A DNA stretch of 64,000 nucleotides from Candidatus Dormiibacterota bacterium (GTDB lineage Bacteria > Chloroflexota > Dormibacteria > Aeolococcales > Aeolococcaceae), in contig CAWBSL010000003.1 of the NCBI GenBank assembly GCA_963791435.1, positions 421,035 to 485,034 of the forward strand, written 5' to 3'. This document shows positions 45,224 through 53,832 of this stretch, in pieces; the first letter of the stretch is position 1, and the number at the start of each line of letters is the position of its first letter. The position numbers and the translations under genes are program-made. The notes beneath the pieces are model-generated. The model made no database searches. It was not told the DNA's origin and was given only the letters and a program-made list of their open reading frames with translations.

Positions 45224-45946
45224 ATGAGACTGTCCGACGCAGAAGCGCTGAGCTTTGATTGCTACGGCACGTTGATCGACTGGGAGGCGGGGATCGGCGC
45301 CGTGCTGGTGCCGTGGGCGCGCGTGCATCACATCGACATCAGTGTCGAGGGGCTGCTCGAGCGATACGCCGTTGCGGAGGCCCGCCAGGAGGAGCTGACA
45401 CCTCGTGCGCTCTACCCGGACATCATCGATGCGGCGATGCACAGTCTCGGGAAAGCCCTCGGCGTTGATGTCAGCGCAGAGGAGAGCGAGCGCCTCGCCG
45501 CCTCGGTCCCAGACTGGCCGGCCTTCCCGGATTCAGCAAGCGCGCTGGCGGAGCTCGCGACGCGCTACAAGCTCGTCATTCTCTCCAACATCGACCGGGC
45601 GTCCTTTGCGGCAAGCAACACCAGGCTTGACATACGGTTCGACGCGATCATCACAGCCCAGGACATCGGCTCGTACAAACCATCGCCACGAAACTTCGAG
45701 GTACTGGTGCAGACGGTGCGCGAACTGGGAGTCGCGGACGGCCGGTTGATGCATGTCGCGCAGAGCCTTTTCCACGACCACGTCCCGGCAAAGAGACTCG
45801 GGTTGCCGACCGTGTGGATCGACCGGCGTGGCGAGCGCAGCGGATGGGGGGCGACGCCTCCGCCAGGAATCGAGGTGGAGCCGGATTTCACGTTTCCGTC
45901 GATGGCCGCTTTCGCGGCCGCCTGTTTCGCGTCGGACGACGACTGA
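45224..45946 (+). CDS. HAD-superfamily hydrolase (haloacid dehalogenase type II-like)
   Basis: Motif I FDCYGTLIDW, then SN (ILSNID), then K...HVAQSLFHD. Confidence 0.8.
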   Translation: MRLSDAEALSFDCYGTLIDWEAGIGAVLVPWARVHHIDISVEGLLERYAVAEARQEELTPRALYPDIIDAAMHSLGKALGVDVSAEESERLAASVPDWPAFPDSASALAELATRYKLVILSNIDRASFAASNTRLDIRFDAIITAQDIGSYKPSPRNFEVLVQTVRELGVADGRLMHVAQSLFHDHVPAKRLGLPTVWIDRRGERSGWGATPPPGIEVEPDFTFPSMAAFAAACFASDDD

Positions 45947-45977
45947 GGGATGCCGGCTGACCGCCGGCATCCCTTGT
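45947..45977. terminator. Hairpin terminator between the HAD gene and the convergent binding-protein remnant
   Basis: GGGATGCCGG-ctgaccg-CCGGCATCCC is a perfect 10-bp stem followed by TTGT. Confidence 0.6.
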
Positions 45978-46008
45978 CGATGTCGCTGGACGCGTGGAGC
46001 AGTTCGGC

Positions 46009-46970
46009 TCAGGACCAGCGCCAGTTCTCCGGGTAGATCTGCAACAGCGGATCCTGGGGCCCGGTGCCCTTGAGGTCCTTGTTGATTTCGGAGCGTTGCG
46101 CGTACGCGACGGGGAGCCAGATGACGGGGAGTTGCTTGGCGAGATAGTTCTCGTACGTGTACATGGCCTGCACGTTGCTGCTCGTTTCGGTTGCGAGGAT
46201 GTCGCTCTCCGCCTGCGGGTCACAGTAGCCGCCGGAGTCGGAGCCCGCGTACTGAACGCTTGCGCCGGATCCGGTGCACGACCAGAGCTCGTCACTGGTT
46301 GGCTCGTAGTCTGGTGCGGAGATCCAGCCACCACCCCAGAACTCCATGTCCCAGGTGCACGCCTGACCGTCCATCCGTTGGCCTTGAGCAGGGACACCGC
46401 CTTGCTCGGGTCATACGGGTATGGATTGCTCTTCTCGAACGAGTCGACGAAGTTCGAGGATGGCTTGGTCGGCACCGGGCCGTACGTCGGGTACGCGTAC
46501 CCGAAGAACGCCTTGCTGATGAACGTGTTCTGGTCGACCAGTTCCTGCATCGCCTGTCTGAAGTACAGCTGTTTGCAGATCGGCCCGCTCACCGGGTTGG
46601 TGAAGTTCGCAGGGAAGAACAGCACCTGCCACCCGGTCCACGGCTCGAAGTTATAGACGTTGTCGAGCGAGTTCTTCTGCAGTGCGTCGTTTGCGGGCAG
46701 ATAGCCGTAGTCCACGACGGTGTTGGTGACCGACGTCGCCGACTTGAGCTGATTGAACTCCTCGCCGGCCTGCGTGAACGGCACCTCGAAGAACTCCTTG
46801 AGAGCCGGCTTGATCGGTCCGCCGTAGCCGGGGTTCGGCACCATCGCAACGTTTCCTGCGGTGTCGATCGACTTCAGCTTCCATGGACCCGAATCCACCT
46901 GCCAGAGCGGGTTGGTGTTGTAGGTCGCGATGGATTTCGACTGCTGGTCGAGGAACTGAATGGCCTGCGG
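46009..46970 (-). pseudogene. Remnant of a family-5 (peptide/oligosaccharide) ABC substrate-binding protein: N-terminus missing, one frame change, probable internal deletion
   Basis: The middle part (NPLWQVDSGPWKLKSID...YPYDPSKAVSLLKANGW) is in ORF 45888-46898. The C-terminal part (WDMEFWGGGWISAPDYEPTSDELW...YCDPQAESDI...) is in ORF 46009-46374. The upstream frame closes with a stop near 47010 without a signal peptide or start codon. No cognate permease or ATPase genes lie nearby. Confidence 0.7.
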
Positions 46971-46981
46971 GCTCCGACGAA

Positions 46982-47192
46982 AAGTGGCACAGACGAACGG
47001 TCATCGCGTTGCGCGACGCGCTCGTGCCAGACTGCTCCGTCGCGTCACGTAGGTGGAACCACTGACAGCGACGTGCAAAAGATCATTCTGTTGGGTGATG
47101 AGTAACTCTCAGCAAACGCACAGAATGGCACGATGGTGTACGCGCGAAATGGCACATGCGAATGGCGTGGGCGAGACGCGCGGAAGTGGTAC
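46982..47192 (+). repeat. Array of five direct A(A/G)TGGCAC-like repeats in a lower-GC spacer upstream of the MocR regulator gene
   Basis: AAGTGGCAC 46982-46990; AATGGCAC 47124-47131; AATGGCAC 47148-47155; AATGGCG 47161-47167; AAGTGGTAC 47184-47192. Confidence 0.4.
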
Positions 47193-47323
47193 TCGCGTTT
47201 TCGAAGAGCGCACGTCACGCTGATATCGCTTGACCGTCGTCGTGACGTTTGTCTCTGCCCCGAGACGATGCAGGTATCGCCTTCTTGGTCCCCGGCGGTC
47301 AAGCACTCCGGACCGACGCGCCG

Positions 47324-48799
47324 ATGAAGGCTGCTCCCACAGCAGGGCTCACGCCCTACATCCCGTTCGATCGCGGTTCCGGCGTTCCCTTCTACACGCA
47401 GATCTACGAGGGGTATCGCACGGCCATCCTTGCCGGCCAGCTCGGATCCGGGCAACGGCTCCCGTCAACCCGCACACTTGCCGCCGAGCTCCGGATCTCT
47501 CGCCTCCCGGTTCTGAACGCCTTCGAGCAACTGCTGCACGAGGGCTATCTCGAAGGCAAGGTCGGCTCCGGCACGTACGTCCGGGACTGCATTCCCGACG
47601 AGGTCGCGCGGCCCATGCGCGTGCCGTCGCCGGCACGTTCCCGGCGGGTGCTCACGCTTGCGCCAGGCGCGGTTCGCAGCCGCCGGGATGATGGCTCAGG
47701 AACCTTCAAGAGCCTGCCGGCGCTTGACCACTTTCCACACGAGACGTTCGCGCGGCTGATCCGCAGGCACGCCGCACGCCTGAGCGATGACCTGCTGGCC
47801 TACGGCGATCCGGCAGGCTACGCGCCACTGCGTGAAGCGATCGCTGCATACCTGCGCACGGCACGAGCGGTCGACTGCGACCCGGAGCAGGTGATCATCG
47901 TATCCGGCTCGCAGCTTGGTCTTCGAGTCGCCGCCATGGCGCTGACCACCGGCGAGTCGGTGGCCTGTATGGAGGATCCGGGATATCGCGGGGCACGGCA
48001 GGCACTTGCCGTATCGGCTGCGAGTGTGGTTCCGATTCCCGTGGACAGGGAGGGCATCCACGTTGCGTCGCTTGCACGATTGGGCGCGCGCGCGAAACTC
48101 GCCTACGTCACACCATCGCATCAATACCCACTCGGCGTCTCGCTTGGTGTGTCGCGGCGCCTCGAACTTCTGGCGTGGGCAGAGCGAAACGACTCGTGGA
48201 TCCTCGAAGACGACTACGACAGCGAGTTTCGATACTCGAGCCGGACTCTTGGTGCGCTGCAGGGAATGGACGCAAATGACCGCGTGATCTATCTCGGCAC
48301 GTTCAGCAAGGTGCTGTTCCCGGCGCTGCGCCTCGGCTATCTGGTGGTGCCACACGAGCTGATCACGCGTTTCGTGCGAACGCGCGAAACCCTCGACCTC
48401 TGCTCGCCTTTGCTGTATCAGCTCGTGCTCACCGACTTTCTCAACGAAGGGCACTTCGCGCGACATCTGCGGCGCATGCGCGCCGTGTATCTCCGCCGCC
48501 GCGATGCCGTGATCGCTGCCGTCCGCGAGCACGCCGCCGACGTGATGACGATCGAGAACACCGATGCGGGACTCCATCTGCTGGCATTCCTGCACGACGG
48601 GGTTGACGATCGAGCGCTCGTGCGCCGCGCTGCACAAGAGGACCTGTACCCAACGTCGCTTTCGGCCCTCTACATGAGTGCCTCTTCGCGCACCGGGTTG
48701 ATCCTGGGCTTCGGGGGATCGGACGAGGCGACCCTGTCGGACGGCGTTCGGACGCTGGCCGGTTTGATCCGCGAGGCCGGCGAACCCCGGACCGCCTGA
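47324..48799 (+). CDS. MocR/GabR-type regulator (GntR HTH fused to a fold-type I aminotransferase domain)
   Basis: PFYTQIYEGYRTAILAGQLGSGQRLPSTRTLAAELRISRLPVLNAFEQL (GntR winged HTH), plus the aminotransferase blocks YGDPAGYAPLREAI and GTFSKVLFPALRLGY (PLP lysine). Confidence 0.85.
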   Translation: MKAAPTAGLTPYIPFDRGSGVPFYTQIYEGYRTAILAGQLGSGQRLPSTRTLAAELRISRLPVLNAFEQLLHEGYLEGKVGSGTYVRDCIPDEVARPMRVPSPARSRRVLTLAPGAVRSRRDDGSGTFKSLPALDHFPHETFARLIRRHAARLSDDLLAYGDPAGYAPLREAIAAYLRTARAVDCDPEQVIIVSGSQLGLRVAAMALTTGESVACMEDPGYRGARQALAVSAASVVPIPVDREGIHVASLARLGARAKLAYVTPSHQYPLGVSLGVSRRLELLAWAERNDSWILEDDYDSEFRYSSRTLGALQGMDANDRVIYLGTFSKVLFPALRLGYLVVPHELITRFVRTRETLDLCSPLLYQLVLTDFLNEGHFARHLRRMRAVYLRRRDAVIAAVREHAADVMTIENTDAGLHLLAFLHDGVDDRALVRRAAQEDLYPTSLSALYMSASSRTGLILGFGGSDEATLSDGVRTLAGLIREAGEPRTA

Positions 48800-48904
48800 C
48801 CCCGAGGACCGGCTCGCTCCGAGACCTCACCCAAGGCGACGAACCGCCCTTCTGCGGTATGATGCTTGCCAGCAAACAAGTATCTTGATGGCAGGAGCGC
48901 AACC

Positions 48905-49408
48905 ATGGCACGGACGGTGACGATCACCAGGCCGGACACGGCGGCAGGCGAGGGGTCGGAGTTGAACACGGCCCGACTTCGCATCGCCGTCGCACGCCTC
49001 TCGCGTCGGCTCAAACCCACTGCGGCCGCGGGCTCCATGACCACCACCGAGGTGGATGTGCTCGTCGCCATCGATCGACACGGGCCGCTCCGGCTCTCGG
49101 ACCTCGCCGGGTTCGCCGGATTGAACCCGACGATGCTCTCGCGGCTCATCCCCAAGCTCGAGGTGGCGGGGGTGATGCGTCGCCTGGTCGCGGAGGGGGA
49201 CCGGCGAGTCTGTCGTGTCGAGATCACGGCGAAGGGGCGCCGGCTCCTCGAGCGCATCCGATCGGAGCGCAACGATTCGCTGTCACGCCTGCTCGCTTCC
49301 CTGAACGACGCGGACCGGGAGACACTGGTGGCTGCGGTTCCGGTGCTCGAAACGCTGGCCGAGCGGATGCTGGAACATGCTCCCGCTGCGCGGACGGCTG
49401 TCGGGTGA
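48905..49408 (+). CDS. MarR-family transcriptional regulator
   Basis: TTTEVDVLVAIDRHGPLRLSDLAGFAGLNPTMLSRLIPKLEVAGVMRR...DRRVCRVEITAKG reads as a winged HTH. The stop overlaps the start of the MFS gene (GTGA). Confidence 0.85.
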   Translation: MARTVTITRPDTAAGEGSELNTARLRIAVARLSRRLKPTAAAGSMTTTEVDVLVAIDRHGPLRLSDLAGFAGLNPTMLSRLIPKLEVAGVMRRLVAEGDRRVCRVEITAKGRRLLERIRSERNDSLSRLLASLNDADRETLVAAVPVLETLAERMLEHAPAARTAVG

Positions 49409-50730
49409 GCCGCATCCTGGCGGTCAGCCGGCGGACCTTTTCCGCGCTCTCGATCCCCAACTTCCGGCGGTACTTCTTCGGCCAGAGCACGTCGCTGATC
49501 GGGACGTGGATGCAGTCGGTCGCGCAGTCGTGGCTCGTCTTCACGCTGACGCACTCGGCCACCGCCATCGGCTTTGTGCTCGCGCTGCAGACATTGCCGG
49601 TGCTCATCCTCGGGCCGTATGGCGGGGTGATCGCGGACCGGGTCGACAAACGCCGGCTGATGATAGCGCTCCAGACAATGATGGGCATTCAGGCGCTCGT
49701 GCTCGGCCTGCTGGTCGTGATGCACGTCGTGGTGTTCTGGGAGATCTGCGTGCTCGCGGTTGTGCTCGGGCTCAACAACTGTTTCGAGAATCCGGCGCGT
49801 CAGTCTTTCGTTCGCGAGATGGTCGGCGCCGGTCAGGTGCGCAATGCCGTCAGCCTCAATTCCACGATGGTGAACGCCGCTCGCGCGGTCGGTCCCGCCG
49901 TCGCCGGCCTGCTCATCGCAACGGTCGGCGTGGGCGTCTGCTTCCTTGTGAACGCGGTGAGCTTCGTCGCCGTCGTCTACTCGCTCGTCTCCATGGATAC
50001 CAAGGCGCTGTCACCCAGCGAGCCGACTGCTCGCGCGCGAGGCCAACTTCGCGAGGGATTCCGCTACGTCGCACACACGCCGCGGCTCGGAGTCCCGCTG
50101 TTGATGATGGCGATCGTCGGCACGCTCGCCTACGAGTTCCAGGTCACCCTGCCGGTTCTGGCCAAGGTGACCTTCGGCGGCAACGCGGCCACTTATGGGT
50201 TTCTCACGTCGGCGATGGGCATCGGCGCGGTTGCGGGAGGCCTCGTCACCGCAACCCGCGGGCGCACGGGGTTGCGCCCGCTGACGGTTGCCGCCTGCAC
50301 GTTCGGCGTTGCAATGCTCTGCGCCGCGCTTTCGCCGGTCCTGGCTGTGGCCTTTGTCGCGCTGGCCGCCATGGGATGGACCAGCGTCACCTTTCTTGCC
50401 ACGGGCAACACGACCCTCCAGCTCGAGGCCGCGCCCACGATGCGCGGTCGCGTCATGGCCCTCTGGGCGGTGGCGTTCATGGGCTCGACCCCTGTCGGTG
50501 GGCCGGTGATCGGCTGGGTCGTGGCCCTCGCCGGAGCGCGAATCGGTCTCGGGGTCGGCGCGATGTCAGCCTTTCTTGCCGCTGCAATCGGACTCGCCTT
50601 CGTCATGAAGCTGGGGTCGCTGCACGAACGCAAGGAGGCTCGGGCGGATGTCGCCGAGGACACCGGCCCGGGGTCCTCCGACCTCGACGGCGTCACCGAA
50701 GGCGCCGAGGTGGCTGAGGTCGCGGTCTAG
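49405..50730 (+). CDS. MFS transporter (EntS/MFS_3-like efflux)
   Basis: FRRYFFGQSTSLIGTWMQSVAQSWLV is a typical N-terminus, followed by about 12 TM helices. It is coupled to the MarR gene. Confidence 0.85.
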   Translation: MSRILAVSRRTFSALSIPNFRRYFFGQSTSLIGTWMQSVAQSWLVFTLTHSATAIGFVLALQTLPVLILGPYGGVIADRVDKRRLMIALQTMMGIQALVLGLLVVMHVVVFWEICVLAVVLGLNNCFENPARQSFVREMVGAGQVRNAVSLNSTMVNAARAVGPAVAGLLIATVGVGVCFLVNAVSFVAVVYSLVSMDTKALSPSEPTARARGQLREGFRYVAHTPRLGVPLLMMAIVGTLAYEFQVTLPVLAKVTFGGNAATYGFLTSAMGIGAVAGGLVTATRGRTGLRPLTVAACTFGVAMLCAALSPVLAVAFVALAAMGWTSVTFLATGNTTLQLEAAPTMRGRVMALWAVAFMGSTPVGGPVIGWVVALAGARIGLGVGAMSAFLAAAIGLAFVMKLGSLHERKEARADVAEDTGPGSSDLDGVTEGAEVAEVAV

Positions 50731-50813
50731 GGCCGGTCGCGGTCCTGCCGCGTATCGTTGCGCACGGACGCGCACGAGCGGTGACAACGGATTGACGTGG
50801 AGGTTGACGCAGC

Positions 50814-52448
50814 ATGCTGTCCTACGCATCAGGGCCGAGTTCGTTGCCGCTGCTGGGCGAGACCATCGGCGAGAATCTCCGCCGGACCGTGGCGCGGCAC
50901 GGGGATTCCGACGCACTCGTGGTGCCGCACCAGGACTACCGGGCCACGTACCGTCAGCTCTGGGCCGAGGTGTCGCTGATAGCTCGCGGGCTCGTCAGTC
51001 GGGGGGTCCAGCGCGGAGATCGGGTTGGCATCTGGTCGCCCAATCGATTCGAGTGGGTGGTCACGCAGTATGCGACTGCTCGCATCGGCGCAATCCTCGT
51101 GAACATCAACCCGGCATACCGCACAACGGAATTGGCGTATGCGCTCGAACAGTCCGGTGTTTCCTTCCTCATCCTGGCGCGGGCATTTCGTCAGGCCGAC
51201 TATGTGCGGATGGTCGACGAGGTGCGAGGACAGTGCCCGGAGCTGCGTGAAGCGCTCGTGCTTGAGGACGACTGGGACGCGCTCCTTCACGACGGTCGCG
51301 CAGTCCCCGAGACAGCACTTGTGGCGATCGAATCCACGCTGCAGTTCGATGATCCCATCAACATTCAGTACACGTCAGGCACCACGGGGTTTCCGAAGGG
51401 CGCCACGCTGTCACACCACAACATCCTCAACAACGGCTTCTTCATCGGCGAGGCGGTCAGATACACCGCCATGGATCGCGTCTGCATCCCCGTGCCCTTC
51501 TACCACTGCTTCGGGATGGTTCTCGGCAACCTCGCATGCACGTCACATGGCGCGTGCATCGTGGTGCCGGGGGAGGGGTTCGATGCTGACACAACGCTGC
51601 GCGTCACCGAGCAGGAGGGGTGTACGTCGCTCTACGGGGTCCCGACCATGTTCATCGCCGAGCTCGAGCACCCCGGCTTCGAGAGTCACGATCTGAGCCG
51701 TCTGCGCACCGGCATCATGGCCGGCTCCCCGTGCCCGGTGGAGGTGATGAAGAAGGTCCAGTCGCGGATGAACATGCGCGAGGTGACCATCTGCTATGGG
51801 ATGACCGAGACATCGCCCGTTTCGACGCAGAGTGCGCTCGACGACCCGCTCGACAAGCGAGTGGGCACGGTCGGTCGCGTGCATCCGCACGTGGAGGTGA
51901 AGGTCGTCGATCCCGAGACGGACGCGATCGTCGGGCGTGGCGCGTCGGGAGAGCTGTGCACACGCGGCTACAGCGTGATGCTCGGCTACTGGAACAACGA
52001 TGCGGCGACGCGCAGTGCCATCGATGGCGCGCGTTGGATGCACACCGGAGACCTCGCAACGATGGACGACGACGGCTACGTGAACATCGTCGGCCGCATC
52101 AAGGACATGATCATTCGTGGCGGGGAGAACATCTACCCGCGCGAGGTCGAGGAATTTCTCTACGCGCACCCGGACGTGAGTGACGTCCAGGTGATTGGCG
52201 TCCCCTCCGAGCGATACGGTGAGGAGGTGATGGCCTGGGTGAAGCCCAAGGATGGTGCGACACCGACTGTGGAATCCCTTGAGGCCTTCTGCCGCGGCAG
52301 AATCGCCACGAACAAGATTCCGCGCTACTGGAAGTTCGTGGACGGATTTCCGATGACGGTCACCGGGAAAGTGCAGAAATACCGGATGCGCGAAACCTCT
52401 GTCGAAGAGCTGGGACTGCAGGCCGCCGCCTCGGTGACAACCGCCTGA
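50814..52448 (+). CDS. AMP-dependent acyl-CoA synthetase/ligase
   Basis: [15 protein letters not shown]-binding motif, GYWNN, TGDLA, and the C-terminal [10 protein letters not shown] lysine motif. Confidence 0.9.
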   Translation: MLSYASGPSSLPLLGETIGENLRRTVARHGDSDALVVPHQDYRATYRQLWAEVSLIARGLVSRGVQRGDRVGIWSPNRFEWVVTQYATARIGAILVNINPAYRTTELAYALEQSGVSFLILARAFRQADYVRMVDEVRGQCPELREALVLEDDWDALLHDGRAVPETALVAIESTLQFDDPINIQYTSGTTGFPKGATLSHHNILNNGFFIGEAVRYTAMDRVCIPVPFYHCFGMVLGNLACTSHGACIVVPGEGFDADTTLRVTEQEGCTSLYGVPTMFIAELEHPGFESHDLSRLRTGIMAGSPCPVEVMKKVQSRMNMREVTICYGMTETSPVSTQSALDDPLDKRVGTVGRVHPHVEVKVVDPETDAIVGRGASGELCTRGYSVMLGYWNNDAATRSAIDGARWMHTGDLATMDDDGYVNIVGRIKDMIIRGGENIYPREVEEFLYAHPDVSDVQVIGVPSERYGEEVMAWVKPKDGATPTVESLEAFCRGRIATNKIPRYWKFVDGFPMTVTGKVQKYRMRETSVEELGLQAAASVTTA

Positions 52449-52528
52449 GCATTGCGCTGGCGCTTGCCGCGGCGGCACTCTGGGGAAGCGGAGACTTCCT
52501 CGGCGGTCTTGCCAACCGGCGCGCGTCC

Positions 52529-53275
52529 TTGCTGTCGGTCCTTGCGATCTCGCAGGGTGTGGGTCTGTTCGGGATGCTGATCGTGGCGATCGTGATCGGC
52601 GGGCATCCGAGCGGAGCGGATCTTGGCTATGGCGCCATAGCGGGGCTCGCCGGCGCTGCCGGGGTGGCGATGCTCTACCGCGGCCTGGCATCGGGGTCGA
52701 TGTCGCTCGTCGCGCCGATCACCGGCGTGGTGGCCGTCGTGGTACCGATCGCCGTCGGGGTCGGTGGCGGCGAGCGCCCGGCGAGTCTTCAGTACGTGGG
52801 CATCGTCGCGGCGCTCGCCGCTGTCGCCCTGCTCAGCGGCGGCGGCACCAGGTCCGCCCGCCTTGGACGCGGCACTCTGCTGCTCGCGCTCGGCGCCGGC
52901 CTCGGCTTCGGCCTCTTCTACGTCGCCATCGCGAAAACGTCCATGGACGCCAACCTCTGGCCACTCGTGGCCGCTCGCGGCGCGTCCGTGGCGATCCTGC
53001 TCGGCGTTGTGGGAGCGAGACGGCAACCACCGAGCTTCGGGGCCGCGAGCCCGCTCGTGATCATCGGCGCGGGAGTGCTCGACGTTTCGGCCAACGCGCT
53101 GTACCTGCTCGCGGTGCATGGGGGCCTGCTCAGCATCGTCGCGGTCCTGGTGTCGCTGTACCCGGTCGCCACCGTGCTGTGCTCGATGGTCGTGCTCGGC
53201 GAGCGTCTGCGTGCGCCGCAGCTCGCCGGCGTGGGAGCGGCACTGCTTGCCGTCGTGCTGATCACCGCGGGGTGA
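52529..53275 (+). CDS. EamA/DMT family transporter (start unresolved)
   Basis: About 9 TM helices after TTG 52529. A further helix ([20 protein letters not shown]) is encoded in frame upstream (from about 52445) but without an ATG/GTG/TTG. Confidence 0.75.
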   Translation: MLSVLAISQGVGLFGMLIVAIVIGGHPSGADLGYGAIAGLAGAAGVAMLYRGLASGSMSLVAPITGVVAVVVPIAVGVGGGERPASLQYVGIVAALAAVALLSGGGTRSARLGRGTLLLALGAGLGFGLFYVAIAKTSMDANLWPLVAARGASVAILLGVVGARRQPPSFGAASPLVIIGAGVLDVSANALYLLAVHGGLLSIVAVLVSLYPVATVLCSMVVLGERLRAPQLAGVGAALLAVVLITAG

Positions 53276-53832
53276 CCGCAGGCGGTCGACGCTTTCCCGG
53301 CGCCAGCGAGCTCCGTCTCGAACGCGTGCACGCGGCGCTGAATGCGGCTGTCCGGAAGCGAGGGCATCAGCCCGAAGAACCGGAGTTGGGATCGGTGACC
53401 TCCAAGCCCGTGCTGAGGGTCATCAACAGCGTTTCCGAAGCAGATCACCACATGCACGTCGTGCGTTGTGGCGGATGTGACAGTGCCGAACGACGCCCGG
53501 GTATGTGCGCTAACGAACCGACCACCCGTCAGGGGCTGGCGCAGGTTGCGCGAGACGGAAGTGGAATGAACGGCTTCATGGCAGTGCTCGCGGTGTGGGC
53601 ACCGGTTTACGCTGCACCGCGTTCACTGGCCATGCGCCGTGTAGCAAGGCTGAACCGCTGTTCGATGCTCCGACATTGCGCGGCGGGTGCTTGTGTTCCG
53701 TTACGGGCCGGGCGCGTCCCAGGTGACCACCCTATGCTCAGCGCGCTCGGAACGCGCCGACGCCGTTGCGTGAACGATCGGAGGTTACGCGATGCCAGCT
53801 GTGGCCTGCGGGCGCACGACTGCAATGGGTCA

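Noticed and set aside
53280-53620. Minus-strand frame encoding ..GTVTSATTHDVHVVICFGNAVDDPQHGLGGHRSQLRFFGLMPSLPDSRIQRRVHAFETELAGAGK.
   Set aside because: Third-position GC is moderately coding-like. However, there is no recognisable family and no clean start. The frame only terminates deep inside the antisense of the EamA gene. I cannot support it as a gene without a database search.
53179-53832. 218-residue N-terminal extension of the PAS-GGDEF-EAL-REC ORF.
   Set aside because: It overlaps the 3' end of the EamA gene, has only moderate third-position GC, and gives a Cys/Arg-rich translation with no domain-like features.
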